64,000 nucleotides of DNA from a virus. The stretch is from positions 1 to 64,000 of the IMG/VR virus record IMGVR_UViG_3300044638_004964; one strand, 5' to 3'. The translations under genes and the position numbers were made by a program. Shown one piece after another: positions 36,348 to 47,087 of the stretch. Within the stretch, counting starts at the first letter, position 1. Each line of letters begins with the position of its first letter. Under the pieces are notes generated by a model. That model saw only the letters and a program-made list of their open reading frames with translations, had not been told where the DNA came from and ran no database searches.

Positions 36348-37029
36348 TAAATACGACAAATCGAAGAATACCAATAAAGAAAACCGTAAGAAGCAAAAAA
36401 CTTCTCAAACTAATGTTCTTGTCGCCAAAACGGAGAATCAAAAAGATTACATCAGATCTATTATAGAAAATGATGTTACGTTCTGCACTGGACCGTCTGG
36501 TACTGGCAAATCTTTTATAGCTGCCGGTATTGCTTCTGATCATATTCAGAAAGATAAGATTGACTCTATCATTGTTACTAGACCGCTAGTATGTACTGGT
36601 AAAGATATTGGATCATTACCGGGAGAATTAAATGATAAAATCAAACCATATCTGGCCCCGATGGAAGAAAATCTTAAGTATTTTCTAGGAAGAGATAAAT
36701 TTGGATTGTATTATAATACCAGAAGAATTCGTTTTGAACCATTAGAAACCATGAGAGGGGCAACCTTTCATAACGCCTATATGATTCTTGACGAAGCTCA
36801 GAATTGTACTCTTGATCAAATCAAGATGTTTATTACAAGAATGGGCGAAAATTCGAAGGTAATTATTAACGGTGATACTAAGCAAACCGACCTATATAGA
36901 GATAGTGGTTTATATTACTGTCTTGAAAGACTTGCTGGATTGCAAGGTATAGGAATTTGCACTTTAGATTACCAAGATATCCAAAGAAATGGTATAATAG
37001 GAAGGGTCTTGATGGCTTTAGAATCATAA
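36328..37029 (+). CDS. phoH: PhoH-like ATPase
   Basis: GPSGTGKS, VTRP, GSLPG, MRGATF, DEAQN, GD..QTD; TTG start with GGGGAG SD. Confidence 0.93.
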   Translation: MAAAANNKYDKSKNTNKENRKKQKTSQTNVLVAKTENQKDYIRSIIENDVTFCTGPSGTGKSFIAAGIASDHIQKDKIDSIIVTRPLVCTGKDIGSLPGELNDKIKPYLAPMEENLKYFLGRDKFGLYYNTRRIRFEPLETMRGATFHNAYMILDEAQNCTLDQIKMFITRMGENSKVIINGDTKQTDLYRDSGLYYCLERLAGLQGIGICTLDYQDIQRNGIIGRVLMALES

Positions 37030-37038
37030 GGAATTTAT

Positions 37039-37401
37039 ATGTTGTATGATTATTATTGTGAAGAATGTGGCAATGAACTAAAAGACGTTCAGCAGTCTAT
37101 CAAGGATGATGCTCTAATCACATGTCCCGACTGTGGAAAAGATGCCCTAAACAGGGTAATATATGGTGGGATAGGCTGCTTCGTCAAGGACATGAAAACG
37201 CTAGGACAGATTGGCGATAAGAACTGGTCCAATATGGGTCACTACAAGAGATCCGAAATTGAAATGGCCGCGAAGGAGAAAAGTGAGAAGGAAACTCCTT
37301 ACTTTTCTTCTTTCGGTTCAGCGACTCCCGCGAATAGAAAACAAATTAATAAGATGACACCGGCACAGAAAAAGAAATATATCATGGGAGGGGAAACATG
37401 A
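37039..37401 (+). CDS. FmdB-family zinc-ribbon protein
   Basis: YDYYCEECG...CPDCG...RVI. Confidence 0.75.
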   Translation: MLYDYYCEECGNELKDVQQSIKDDALITCPDCGKDALNRVIYGGIGCFVKDMKTLGQIGDKNWSNMGHYKRSEIEMAAKEKSEKETPYFSSFGSATPANRKQINKMTPAQKKKYIMGGET

Positions 37402-37733
37402 AATTTGTAGAAAGCTTTAATAAAGAAGACTTTGTAAAACCATCGGAATCATTAATGGTTGATAGGGTTGGTAAAAATACCGATGATGAAAAGAAGGCTT
37501 TTGCTAAATCTATGATTATAAGCCTTGGTGACACAAATCAAACCAAGTATTTTGTAAGAACACACAATAACGTGCCATACGATCCAAATGGTCAATATAG
37601 CCATAGAGAATCATATTTAAGAACAGAATTAAAACCTGTAACAAAACAGACTTTTGAAAGTTATGTTGCATATCTACAAACAAAGAATCAATTACACATG
37701 ACAAAGGCTCAAAGGAGTTTTATCAATGGCTAA
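37398..37733 (+). CDS. hypothetical protein
   Basis: ORF track; ATGA overlap. Confidence 0.6.
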   Translation: MKFVESFNKEDFVKPSESLMVDRVGKNTDDEKKAFAKSMIISLGDTNQTKYFVRTHNNVPYDPNGQYSHRESYLRTELKPVTKQTFESYVAYLQTKNQLHMTKAQRSFING

Positions 37734-38028
37734 TAAAAAAGGACCGCTAAGTAAAGTTGAATCTTTTTATGTTGAAGCTCAAGTTAAACTTGGCACTAGC
37801 GTAGAGGATATAGCTACTGATTTAAATAGACCACAATCATCAGTAGAAAGCTATATAGCTAAAACTTCTAAGAAAAAAGAAGCTACAGCAACGAGCGATC
37901 AGTTTGCTAGACAAAGTGGCGCAACAATTATGACAGAAAATGCTTCATCAATGATCGACGCAAAGAGAAAGAAACCATCACTGCCAGCAAAAACAATGTC
38001 TTGTGTTACTAGAATAAAAAACGTATGA
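37726..38028 (+). CDS. HTH-containing protein
   Basis: TSVEDIATDLNRPQSSVESYI. Confidence 0.55.
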   Translation: MANKKGPLSKVESFYVEAQVKLGTSVEDIATDLNRPQSSVESYIAKTSKKKEATATSDQFARQSGATIMTENASSMIDAKRKKPSLPAKTMSCVTRIKNV

Positions 38029-38663
38029 CTAGAATTGCTCTGTTCACAAGTATTTCTGCTAATATCGCAGAAATTGCTCATTTAACAACGCCAAACAAGC
38101 TAGAGTATTGTTTAAAACACGACTATTCTTTAATAATTGATAATCAAAAATATGAAGAAGCTATTGATAGAGTACACTCAATTATACATCTATTTGATGA
38201 ATATGATATTGTGTGGACACTTGATGCTGATGCTATAATTACAAATATGAGTATCCCCTTTCATACATTAGAATGTTTGGGAGATAATATAACAGTGTGC
38301 GAAGAGGGGATGGTTTATTGGAATATAATTAATTGTGGGTCAATGATTATGAAAAACACCCTTCAAACAAAAACTCTCCTACAATTAATCAGTATTAATA
38401 AAAGTAACTGGAAAAATTTACCAGCGTCGTGGCAAAGCTGGTTAGGATTGAACGCTGATGTATTTAGTAATATGTTAACCATTGCTCCTGTTGGATCGTT
38501 CAATTCTGTAGAATGGAATCTACCCGCTAATTCAGCAGCTTGGGGGCCACCGGGAAGCAATTGGAAAAATGGACATTTGGTATATCATCCATGCAGTATT
38601 TTCCCTAGAGAAGAACGTATTAAATATTTAAAAAACGCCCTAGAAACTAAAGTGATAAGATGA
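38025..38663 (+). CDS. glycosyltransferase (GT34-like)
   Basis: NKLEYCLKHDY, WTLDADAIITN, INCGSMIMKN. Confidence 0.65.
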   Translation: MTRIALFTSISANIAEIAHLTTPNKLEYCLKHDYSLIIDNQKYEEAIDRVHSIIHLFDEYDIVWTLDADAIITNMSIPFHTLECLGDNITVCEEGMVYWNIINCGSMIMKNTLQTKTLLQLISINKSNWKNLPASWQSWLGLNADVFSNMLTIAPVGSFNSVEWNLPANSAAWGPPGSNWKNGHLVYHPCSIFPREERIKYLKNALETKVIR

Positions 38664-39091
38664 ATAACTTTATAACATCTCATGAATGTTGGCTTGTTGA
38701 ATATCGTAAAGATAAGTATAATGTTTGGATTAGGGCAACCCTTTCTAACGGAATAGAATATTATTTACCTAATCATGAACAATGGTTGGAATTAAAAACT
38801 TTGTGTGATCAGAAACATCTTAAAGTACAAAAACTTGGGTTGCAGTATCGTTCACACTTTGTTGAGGTTGACATGGGCGATGCAGAAGGTGTATACTTGG
38901 TTCGATCCCTCATCGGAAGAATGGGAGAAAATAGCAAACAGGCTATAACAATTGGAAAAGTTTATGGGAACATTGTTAAAAAGACGATGTGGGTAACTCC
39001 AGAGTTAGTTGAGGATTTGTCAGACGAAGATCCGGTCGAAAATTGTTTTATGGAAGCATTGATATTATATGACAAAGAAGAAAACAAATAA
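38660..39091 (+). CDS. hypothetical protein
   Basis: ORF track; overlapping. Confidence 0.6.
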   Translation: MNNFITSHECWLVEYRKDKYNVWIRATLSNGIEYYLPNHEQWLELKTLCDQKHLKVQKLGLQYRSHFVEVDMGDAEGVYLVRSLIGRMGENSKQAITIGKVYGNIVKKTMWVTPELVEDLSDEDPVENCFMEALILYDKEENK

Positions 39092-39593
39092 ACCAGAATT
39101 ATTCAACAAAGATTACCAAAAAGAATGGTCAGAAACTCATAAGTACAAACATATCCACACTGGTGAACACTGTACTTTCGAAGCTTACGTTGCAGAATAT
39201 ATAGTATTGAGAAGGGCTGAAAAGCTCAACGATGGAAAACCATCATATAAATTTTGGACAAAGGGAGATCCCTTACACTGGTTGTGGAAAAAGCAACACG
39301 GTGCAGCTTTGCAGCTTAAAAAGAAATATAGCGAAGAAGCTATACTGTCGGCTATCAAGTCAAAAGATTTTGATAGACTGCTTGTTTTAGGGGTCCAGAA
39401 TGGGCGAGGATATAAAATAAATCCAGAAGCTGAAAAAGTCATAGCTAAACATCAAAGATATATAGACGAGCAGCAAAATAAACTAACTGTCAATCTAGAG
39501 CAAGAAGTTGAAGAAAAGAATCTTGAAACCAGAGCTACTCAGAGCTATAATAAAGGAAAGAAACCAACCATCAGTCAATTGAGGAATCTATGA
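39069..39593 (+). CDS. hypothetical protein
   Basis: ORF track; overlaps recA start. Confidence 0.6.
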   Translation: MTKKKTNKPELFNKDYQKEWSETHKYKHIHTGEHCTFEAYVAEYIVLRRAEKLNDGKPSYKFWTKGDPLHWLWKKQHGAALQLKKKYSEEAILSAIKSKDFDRLLVLGVQNGRGYKINPEAEKVIAKHQRYIDEQQNKLTVNLEQEVEEKNLETRATQSYNKGKKPTISQLRNL

Positions 39594-40693
39594 GCAAAGT
39601 TAAGAAAGCAAGTAAGTTTACAACAGATTTGGTAAGTAATAATATCGTAAATAAATATGGCGATGTTGTTAGAAGTGGAACGGAAGTTTTAGAAAATATC
39701 AACAATCTTAATGTCATTGGAGTATCTCCAGCATTAGATATTGCTTTGGGTGGCGGTTTACGCGAAGGCTCAGTGGTTGTAATGACGGGCGATCCTAAAA
39801 GTGGAAAGACTACAACCGCATTACATTTTGCAGCTAAGTGTCAGCAAAAGAGTAAAAGAGTAATCTATGTAAATACAGAGGGCAGATTATCTAAGCAAAA
39901 CTTTGTTGGCATTAAGGGGCTTAACTCTGATAATATTCTTATTATTGAATCAACTGATGAAAGAGTTTTATCGGCAGAAGACTTTCTCAACATCATTGAA
40001 AGCTATATTAATAATGATCCCGGCTGCTTGATTATAGCCGACTCGCTATCAAATATGGTTCCAGCAGTTGAGCTTGAGGGTGAAGTACGAACCGGCGTTA
40101 GAAATGCTCTACCACGACTTCTTTCCATGTTCTTCAAAAGAATCAGCGGAACACTCATGAAGAATAAGACCATCCTAGTTTGTATTACTCATAACATTGC
40201 TAATACTGGTGGTTCACCATACGCCCCACAAAAGATGGCAGATTGTGGCAATATGTTGCAATATCAAGCTGGCACCAATATGGTTATTACTCATAGAGGC
40301 AAGTGGCAAGTTCCAAAAGATACTGGCCCACACGTTGGTCAGATTGCAAACTGGTCTATTAAAACTTCATGTGCTGGCGGTAGACCTAATAGCACAGCGG
40401 AGAGTTGGATTAAGTATGGGATAGGCATTGATGAAGTTCAAGAGATTATTCATATCGCTTGTGAATTTAGACTTATCAAAGCTGCTGGTGCTTGGTATAC
40501 TATTCAGTGTGCGGTTGATGATCTAAGCAATCCAACCGTGAATGAAATGCTAGAAGAAAATAAGGTAGCAAAGACTCCAGAGGATATTGAAAGATTTTTT
40601 AAGTTTCAAGGCGTTAATGCTGTAGCTGATTTCTTGAATAATAATCCAAAGATGGCATCTTTTGTTTATGAAAAGATCAAGGAGTTGCATTGA
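39590..40693 (+). CDS. recA: RecA/UvsX-like recombinase
   Basis: LDIALGGG, GDPKSGKTT, IIADSL, YGIGID, AGAWY. Confidence 0.9.
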   Translation: MSKVKKASKFTTDLVSNNIVNKYGDVVRSGTEVLENINNLNVIGVSPALDIALGGGLREGSVVVMTGDPKSGKTTTALHFAAKCQQKSKRVIYVNTEGRLSKQNFVGIKGLNSDNILIIESTDERVLSAEDFLNIIESYINNDPGCLIIADSLSNMVPAVELEGEVRTGVRNALPRLLSMFFKRISGTLMKNKTILVCITHNIANTGGSPYAPQKMADCGNMLQYQAGTNMVITHRGKWQVPKDTGPHVGQIANWSIKTSCAGGRPNSTAESWIKYGIGIDEVQEIIHIACEFRLIKAAGAWYTIQCAVDDLSNPTVNEMLEENKVAKTPEDIERFFKFQGVNAVADFLNNNPKMASFVYEKIKELH

Positions 40694-41112
40694 AAGTTAA
40701 AGGAATTAATGGGAAAGAATATATTTGGAATCTTACGAAGTACGATATATTCTACGATGATGCTCGTAAGCGTTCAAAATATCATATTCGTGCTAGAAAC
40801 TTATTAAGAGAAATATTTCACAGCTATAGAATTCTTGAGGAAGTTAAACTACCGGGAAGCACAGCATTAAATAGAAAATCTGTTCTTTACCTTGACTTCT
40901 ACATTCCATCCACTAAGATGGCGTTTGAAGTTCACGGTGAACAGCACTATGAATACTGCCCATTTTTTCATAAGAGCAAAGCAGATTTTTTGAAGGCAAA
41001 AGCCCGCGATGAAGATAAGATAGAGTGGTGCAACATTAACGATATCCAGATTGTAATCTTAAAATTTTCAGAAAGTGATCATGAGTGGCGAGAACACATT
41101 GAGGGCATCTGA
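40690..41112 (+). CDS. Vsr/DUF559-like PD-(D/E)XK nuclease
   Basis: LYLDFYIP, FEVHGEQHY, RDEDK.EWC. Confidence 0.7.
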   Translation: MKVKGINGKEYIWNLTKYDIFYDDARKRSKYHIRARNLLREIFHSYRILEEVKLPGSTALNRKSVLYLDFYIPSTKMAFEVHGEQHYEYCPFFHKSKADFLKAKARDEDKIEWCNINDIQIVILKFSESDHEWREHIEGI

Positions 41113-41557
41113 GAAACTCTCAGAACACCTAAGTCAAATAACATCATATATTGATCTCAGTAACACAAAGTTTTCTTCATTCAGAGAAGAATATTTGCTG
41201 GTTGCAAATTTATCATCCGACGAACTTAAAAAGTTAACTCAACAGGAAGCATTTGATACAGCCTATTTGCTATATGGATATTCTACTTATATTCAAGATG
41301 AGATAAACAAGAACAAAATAGCATTAGCTTGGTGTAATGATCAGCTTGAAAAATTAGTGGTTGCTCATAACGACGAGTTTGGTCAATATACTAAACACGA
41401 AGTTAAACGACAAATTATCATTAAGGATAATAATTATGCAGCTTCAGTAGATAAAATGAGAGAGGTTGCAGAAGCAAGATTACAAGCACTAGATGGTAAA
41501 GTATATGAACTGAAACGCAAAGCAGACATTCTATTAGAAAAAGCTAAGAGGATATAA
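41081..41557 (+). CDS. helical protein, possible recombination mediator (UvsY-like)
   Basis: Size, coiled-coil character and position near recA/dnaB; function inferred only. Confidence 0.35.
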   Translation: MSGENTLRASEKLSEHLSQITSYIDLSNTKFSSFREEYLLVANLSSDELKKLTQQEAFDTAYLLYGYSTYIQDEINKNKIALAWCNDQLEKLVVAHNDEFGQYTKHEVKRQIIIKDNNYAASVDKMREVAEARLQALDGKVYELKRKADILLEKAKRI

Positions 41558-41988
41558 TGGATCTTAATAATTTTTTAAATTCACTAAGTGACGAACAGAA
41601 GAAGCAATTAGCTGGAGCTTTATTAAGTTCAGTAGAATCAGAAAATCCTCCAGTTAAAAAAGAAAAAAAGCCAAAAATAAAGCAAACAAAACCAAAAGAA
41701 CCACCATCAATTATTGTAGATGATAATTTCACAGTAACTAGAGCAGAATCAAAAGATTCTCAAAATAGGAGAAAAGAACCCGTGAGAGCCAGAAAGAATG
41801 AGTGGAAAGACACAGGCGAATTTAGGGATGTTAATTCCTCAGATTACGACCTAGCGCCTAGCCCAAGAAAACGCGAAGCACCAAAAAAGATTGATGTAGA
41901 CTGTCATGTTTGTGGCAGGTCATTCAAGGCCGATCAAAGATTTGTATTTGGAGAATATCACCGCTGCAATAGGTGCGTTGGAAAATAA
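41557..41988 (+). CDS. hypothetical protein with C-terminal zinc finger
   Basis: CHVC...CNRC. Confidence 0.6.
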   Translation: MDLNNFLNSLSDEQKKQLAGALLSSVESENPPVKKEKKPKIKQTKPKEPPSIIVDDNFTVTRAESKDSQNRRKEPVRARKNEWKDTGEFRDVNSSDYDLAPSPRKREAPKKIDVDCHVCGRSFKADQRFVFGEYHRCNRCVGK

Positions 41989-41990
41989 TT

Positions 41991-43472
41991 ATGGATATTA
42001 AACTAACAGATATTGGTGCAGAACGAGCAGTCTTAGCGTCACTATTGCAAAATGGTATAGACGCATATGTATCAATATCGCACCTTATTAGTCATAAAAC
42101 TTTTGGTCATGCCAATAATCAGATTCTATATAAATGTATAGAGCGGATTATCACTAACGATCAAAAGGTGGATATACCATCTATTCTATCGGCAGCTTCT
42201 CAGTTGAATTTATCAGAAAGTATAAATACAACACAAGAGTTAAAATACATCAAATCTCTTTTCGACTTCCCAGTTAATAAAGATAATGCTCTTAGCTTTG
42301 CGATACAAATTAAGAAGTTTGAATTTGCTAGAAAGATTAAAGCACTAACAGCAAAAATACATAAAGATGTTGATGATGTTACTGGATCTGAATCTATCAA
42401 TGATATTATTCAAATTCTAGAAAACCCAGTTACAGACTTTCTAAGAGAAGATGACGGTGGAGACACTCCAAAGAAAATTGGAGAAAACATCGGAGATTAT
42501 ATTACATTCTTAGAGGAGAATAAGTGTGATATCATTGGTATACCAACAGGATTCAGCAGATACGACGAGGCCATTGGCGGTGGTCTTAGACGTAAATGTG
42601 TTGACCTTGTTTCTGCTAGACCAAAAGTTGGCAAGTCAGTATTTGCTGATAACGTGGCTCTAAATGTTTCTTCTAAAAACGTTCCGGTTCTTATGCTAGA
42701 TACTGAAATGAGCAAAGAGGATCATTTGAATAGATTGTTGGCAAATATAAGTGGTGTTCCGATCAATGAAATTGCTACTGGTAAATTCGTAGATGATGAC
42801 GAAAAGAGAGAAAAGGTTCAAGATGCTGTTAAGCATATAGAATCTATTCCTTATTGTTACGTTAGCGTTGCTGGAAAGCCATTTGAACAAATCCTCAATC
42901 TTATTAAGAGATGGATTATTCAAGAAGTTAAGATGGATCAGTATGGCAAAACCAATGATTGTTTAATTATCTATGATTATTTGAAGTTAATGTCATCTAG
43001 TTCTATTACCAATAATATACAAGAATATCAAGCTCTTGGTTTTCAAATTACCGCACTTCATAATTTGTGCGTCAAGATGGATTTTCCATGTTTGTCATTT
43101 GTGCAGTTGAACAGAGATGGTATAACCAAAGAAAGCACCGACGCTGTTTCTGGATCAGATAGACTTATCTGGCTATGCACATCGTTCTCTATATTTAAAA
43201 TCAAATCTCCAGAAGAATTAGCAGAAGATGGACCCAGTGCTGGAAATAGAAAACTTGTACCAATTGTTTCAAGACACGGTGGCGGGCTAGACGATGGAGA
43301 TTATATTAACATGGTCATGGATGGATCTCATGCTAAATTAAAAGAACTAAAAACACGCAACGAATTTAAAAACCAACCAACTGGTGATACTGGATTAGCA
43401 GATTCAGATTCACTAATTAAAATAAGAATACAAGATGGACTTACACAAGCTCAAGATTCTATTGAACAGTAA
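41991..43472 (+). CDS. dnaB: replicative DNA helicase
   Basis: AERAVL N-domain, GIPTGF, ARPKVGKS, DTEMS, YDYLKL, QLNR. Confidence 0.93.
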   Translation: MDIKLTDIGAERAVLASLLQNGIDAYVSISHLISHKTFGHANNQILYKCIERIITNDQKVDIPSILSAASQLNLSESINTTQELKYIKSLFDFPVNKDNALSFAIQIKKFEFARKIKALTAKIHKDVDDVTGSESINDIIQILENPVTDFLREDDGGDTPKKIGENIGDYITFLEENKCDIIGIPTGFSRYDEAIGGGLRRKCVDLVSARPKVGKSVFADNVALNVSSKNVPVLMLDTEMSKEDHLNRLLANISGVPINEIATGKFVDDDEKREKVQDAVKHIESIPYCYVSVAGKPFEQILNLIKRWIIQEVKMDQYGKTNDCLIIYDYLKLMSSSSITNNIQEYQALGFQITALHNLCVKMDFPCLSFVQLNRDGITKESTDAVSGSDRLIWLCTSFSIFKIKSPEELAEDGPSAGNRKLVPIVSRHGGGLDDGDYINMVMDGSHAKLKELKTRNEFKNQPTGDTGLADSDSLIKIRIQDGLTQAQDSIEQ

Positions 43473-44454
43473 AGCTGAAACTATCTTTAAGAAGCTAGGC
43501 ATGGACTGTGAAGTGCTTGGAGATAATATTTACTCCAAATGTCCAATTCATGAAGGTAGCGACAACCCAAGAGCATTCTCATATTCTATAGAAAGAGGAA
43601 TATGGAAGTGTTGGACTAGAGATTGTCAACATCAATACAATAACGACATATTTGGACTAATAAGAGGTTCGTTATCGAATAGCGAAGGCGTAGATGTTGG
43701 CTTTAAAGAAGCTTTAAAGTGGTCCTGCGATCTATTAGATTTAAAACGCGGCAAGGTGCATAGTAAACAGGTAGTAGAAGAGCCGAATGAATTTGTTGAA
43801 CTTGTATCATTGCTAAATCACTCAATAGTTCAAAAAGAGCATAGTGAAATAGATGCAGAATGTGATCTAGCAATACCTTCACCGTATTTTATATCCAGAG
43901 GTTTCAAAAAAGAAACCCTAAATTATTTTGAAGTTGGGGACTGTGTTAATCCTAAGTCTAAGTTGTATGATAGAGCAATAATACCTATTCATAACGACGA
44001 TGGAGCCAAACTGGTTTCATTAATAGGAAGATCAATGAAGGAATATAAATTACCCAAATTCTTATTTAGCCCCAAGGGATTTGACAAAAGATATTTTTTT
44101 TACAATCTTCACAGAGCAATCAACAAAGCTAAAGAAACCGGATGTTTATTTCTTGTTGAAGGACAGGGGGATGTTTGGAGATTATATGAATCTGGGGTGC
44201 ATAATGCTGTTGGAATATTGGGTAAAACAATCACAAAAGAGCAAGAAGATAAACTATTAAAAATGCCAGTAACTCATCTTATTATATTAACTGATAACGA
44301 TCAAGCTGGAAGAGAATCAAAAACGCAAATACAAAGACAATTGGGAAGAGTTTTTAAACTAACATTTCCTAAAATTTCAACAAAAGACATTGGCGAAATG
44401 ACAACGGACCAAATCAAAAGTAAAATACTACCACAAGTTAAAGGAACTTATTAA
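43435..44454 (+). CDS. dnaG: DNA primase
   Basis: CPIH...WKC..C zinc finger; LVEGQGD and DNDQAG TOPRIM motifs. Confidence 0.9.
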   Translation: MDLHKLKILLNSKAETIFKKLGMDCEVLGDNIYSKCPIHEGSDNPRAFSYSIERGIWKCWTRDCQHQYNNDIFGLIRGSLSNSEGVDVGFKEALKWSCDLLDLKRGKVHSKQVVEEPNEFVELVSLLNHSIVQKEHSEIDAECDLAIPSPYFISRGFKKETLNYFEVGDCVNPKSKLYDRAIIPIHNDDGAKLVSLIGRSMKEYKLPKFLFSPKGFDKRYFFYNLHRAINKAKETGCLFLVEGQGDVWRLYESGVHNAVGILGKTITKEQEDKLLKMPVTHLIILTDNDQAGRESKTQIQRQLGRVFKLTFPKISTKDIGEMTTDQIKSKILPQVKGTY

Positions 44455-45194
44455 TGGCTAAGATTATAGGCATATCTGGGCGAAAGCAATCTGGGAAAAA
44501 CACAGTAGCTAATTACATAAATGGGTCCGTGCTAATTGGTAAGGAAATGGTAAAAGACTTCTTTATTAACGAAGATGGTCAGCTTGTTATCAAAACAACT
44601 AATAGTAATGGTGAAGATGGGTATGGAATATTTGATGTCACCAGAAAAGATGATACATTTATTGAGTATGCTAGTAGAGAACTGTGGCCATATATTAAGA
44701 CCTATCATTTCGCAGATTTGCTAAAGAACATATCAATTCATTTGTTTGGATTAAGCCCAGCAGAGGTTTATGGTACAGATGATGACAAAAACAAAGAAAC
44801 AAATTTGCTATGGGAAAGTATGCCAACGAAAGAAAAGAAAACTGGCAATGTAACGAATAGAGAATTTCTAGAATACTTTGGGACAAAAATTGTTCGCAAA
44901 ATTAAGCCAGAGGCATGGGTTGAGGCAACAATGAATAATATTCTTAAAGAAAATTCTGAAATAGCAATTATACCGGATGTTAGATTTCCAAACGAGGTCA
45001 ATGCTATAAAGAATGCTGGTGGCAAAGTTATCAGATTGACTAGAAACATTCACGATAGTAAGATAGAGTGCGAAACAGCACTGGACGAAAAGAATTTTGA
45101 TTGGTCACTATTCGACCATGTTATAGATAATTCTAATTCATCAATAGAAGATCTATGTAGCAGTGTAAACAATCTCAAACAGTATTGGAACTAA
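44454..45194 (+). CDS. deoxynucleoside monophosphate kinase
   Basis: IIGISGRKQSGK, FADLLK, REFLEYFGT, DVRFPNE. Confidence 0.88.
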   Translation: MAKIIGISGRKQSGKNTVANYINGSVLIGKEMVKDFFINEDGQLVIKTTNSNGEDGYGIFDVTRKDDTFIEYASRELWPYIKTYHFADLLKNISIHLFGLSPAEVYGTDDDKNKETNLLWESMPTKEKKTGNVTNREFLEYFGTKIVRKIKPEAWVEATMNNILKENSEIAIIPDVRFPNEVNAIKNAGGKVIRLTRNIHDSKIECETALDEKNFDWSLFDHVIDNSNSSIEDLCSSVNNLKQYWN

Positions 45195-45195
45195 T

Positions 45196-46218
45196 ATGCT
45201 AATAACATACATAAGATCTTCAAGTTATAATAATTATTCTTACTGCCAAATGCAGTATTTTATAACATATGTTTTGGGCCATCAGTCAACCAGCGGCAAG
45301 AAAGCAGAACTTGGAACTATTGTTCACAAGGTTATGGAAACACTAGCTGGTTTTAAAAAGTATCACCAAGACAATCCACGTAAACATAACCTATATGTAA
45401 AAGATGATGCCTTGGGCGATGTTGAAATTAAAAAATCAGAATTATTGAAGGACAGTATCGTTGTAGACTTACTTGATAAAAGCTATAATTTTTATACATC
45501 TGGATCATCTCACGCTTTTACAAAGGGTGATAAAGATACCTGTATGGGTCTTGTGTGGGACACATTAAGATATAATCATGGTCAATTTGACCCAAGACAC
45601 AGAACTGTAGTTGCCCCAGAACCTCATTTTGATATTCCAATTGATGAAGATTGGGCGCATTATGAATATGAGTTTCCAGATGGTAGAAAAATCAAGGGAC
45701 AATTAGCTATTAAGGGAACTATAGATCTAGTTACAGAAACAGCTAAAGACACTATTGAAGTAGTCGATTGGAAGACGGGTAGACGTTTAGATTGGGCCAC
45801 TGGCGAAGAAAAGACATATGAAAAACTATGCTCAGACCCTCAGTTATTACTATACAATTATGCCATTTCGAAGCTATTTCCTCATTATGACCACACGATA
45901 ATGTCTATATTTTTTATTAAAGATGGTGGACCTTTCTCTATGTGTTTTGACAAAGCAGATCATGGTAGATTCTTAAAAATGCTTAAGAATAAGTTTGAAG
46001 ATATCAAGGCGAATAATACACCAAAACCCCTGTCACAAAGTAGAGATAGCTGGAAATGTACTAAGTTGTGCCATTTTTACAAAAACAACTGGCCGGGAAC
46101 AGACAAAAACATGTGTATATACATAGAGAATCACCTAAAGGACGAAGGTATGGAGAATACCCTTAAAAAGTGTACAAGAGAAGGTTTTGACATTGGTTTT
46201 TATTCCGCTCCCGGTTGA
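45196..46218 (+). CDS. Cas4/AddB-like PD-(D/E)XK exonuclease
   Basis: N-terminal Cys, GTIVH, GTIDL, VVDWKTG, QLLLY, three C-terminal Cys. Confidence 0.8.
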   Translation: MLITYIRSSSYNNYSYCQMQYFITYVLGHQSTSGKKAELGTIVHKVMETLAGFKKYHQDNPRKHNLYVKDDALGDVEIKKSELLKDSIVVDLLDKSYNFYTSGSSHAFTKGDKDTCMGLVWDTLRYNHGQFDPRHRTVVAPEPHFDIPIDEDWAHYEYEFPDGRKIKGQLAIKGTIDLVTETAKDTIEVVDWKTGRRLDWATGEEKTYEKLCSDPQLLLYNYAISKLFPHYDHTIMSIFFIKDGGPFSMCFDKADHGRFLKMLKNKFEDIKANNTPKPLSQSRDSWKCTKLCHFYKNNWPGTDKNMCIYIENHLKDEGMENTLKKCTREGFDIGFYSAPG

Positions 46219-46230
46219 AAGAAAGATATT

Positions 46231-47085
46231 ATGAAATTAACTATTGGTATGGCCACTTATGACGATTTTGACGGTGTGTATTTTACGATACAGGCTCTCA
46301 GAATGTATCATGATATATGTCAGTCAAATGATGTAGAATTTATAGTTCTAGATAATAACCCCAACGGTAAACATGCACAAACTCTTTCTGGGTTTGTAAA
46401 TGGATGGACCGGCGGAAAAGGTAAATATATACCAAAAAATGATAGAGCTTCATCTTTTAATAAATACAGCATAGTCGAACACGCCTCTGGGCAATACGTT
46501 CTTATTATAGATTGTCACGTACTGTTAGTCAAAGATTCTTTAAAGCATTTAATGGATTACTATGATAGTCATCCAGACTGTAAGGATTTAATCCAAGGTC
46601 CACTACTTTACGATGATCTACAAAATTATTCCACAGAGTTTGCTCCGCAATGGAGAGGCGACATGTATGGAACTTGGGATACAAACAGAGAAGCTCACGA
46701 TGCCGGATTACCATTTGAAATACAATTACAGGGCATGGGATTATGTTCTTTTGAAAAAAAGAACTGGCCGGGAATAAATCCACACTTTAAAGGATTTGGT
46801 GCAGAAGAAGGGTACATATCTGAAAAATTCAGAAGAAATGGTGGGAAAAATATTTGTATCCCACAATTAAAATGGGTTCATCGATTTGGTCGCCCAGACG
46901 GTGTAAAATACCCATTAATTTTAGAGGATAGAATATGGAATTATTTTATCGGATGGTTGGAAATAACAAAAGACCCAAATCACGAAATGATAACATCAGC
47001 ATATGAACATTTTAAGAATAAAATCCCGCCGGGAAGTATAGATAACATTTTAAATCAAGCTAAACACTTAATTTTGGAGAATTAA
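46231..47085 (+). CDS. glycosyltransferase family 2
   Basis: LTIGMATY, VLDNN, IIDCH, FKGFGAEE. Confidence 0.75.
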   Translation: MKLTIGMATYDDFDGVYFTIQALRMYHDICQSNDVEFIVLDNNPNGKHAQTLSGFVNGWTGGKGKYIPKNDRASSFNKYSIVEHASGQYVLIIDCHVLLVKDSLKHLMDYYDSHPDCKDLIQGPLLYDDLQNYSTEFAPQWRGDMYGTWDTNREAHDAGLPFEIQLQGMGLCSFEKKNWPGINPHFKGFGAEEGYISEKFRRNGGKNICIPQLKWVHRFGRPDGVKYPLILEDRIWNYFIGWLEITKDPNHEMITSAYEHFKNKIPPGSIDNILNQAKHLILEN

Positions 47086-47087
47086 TT

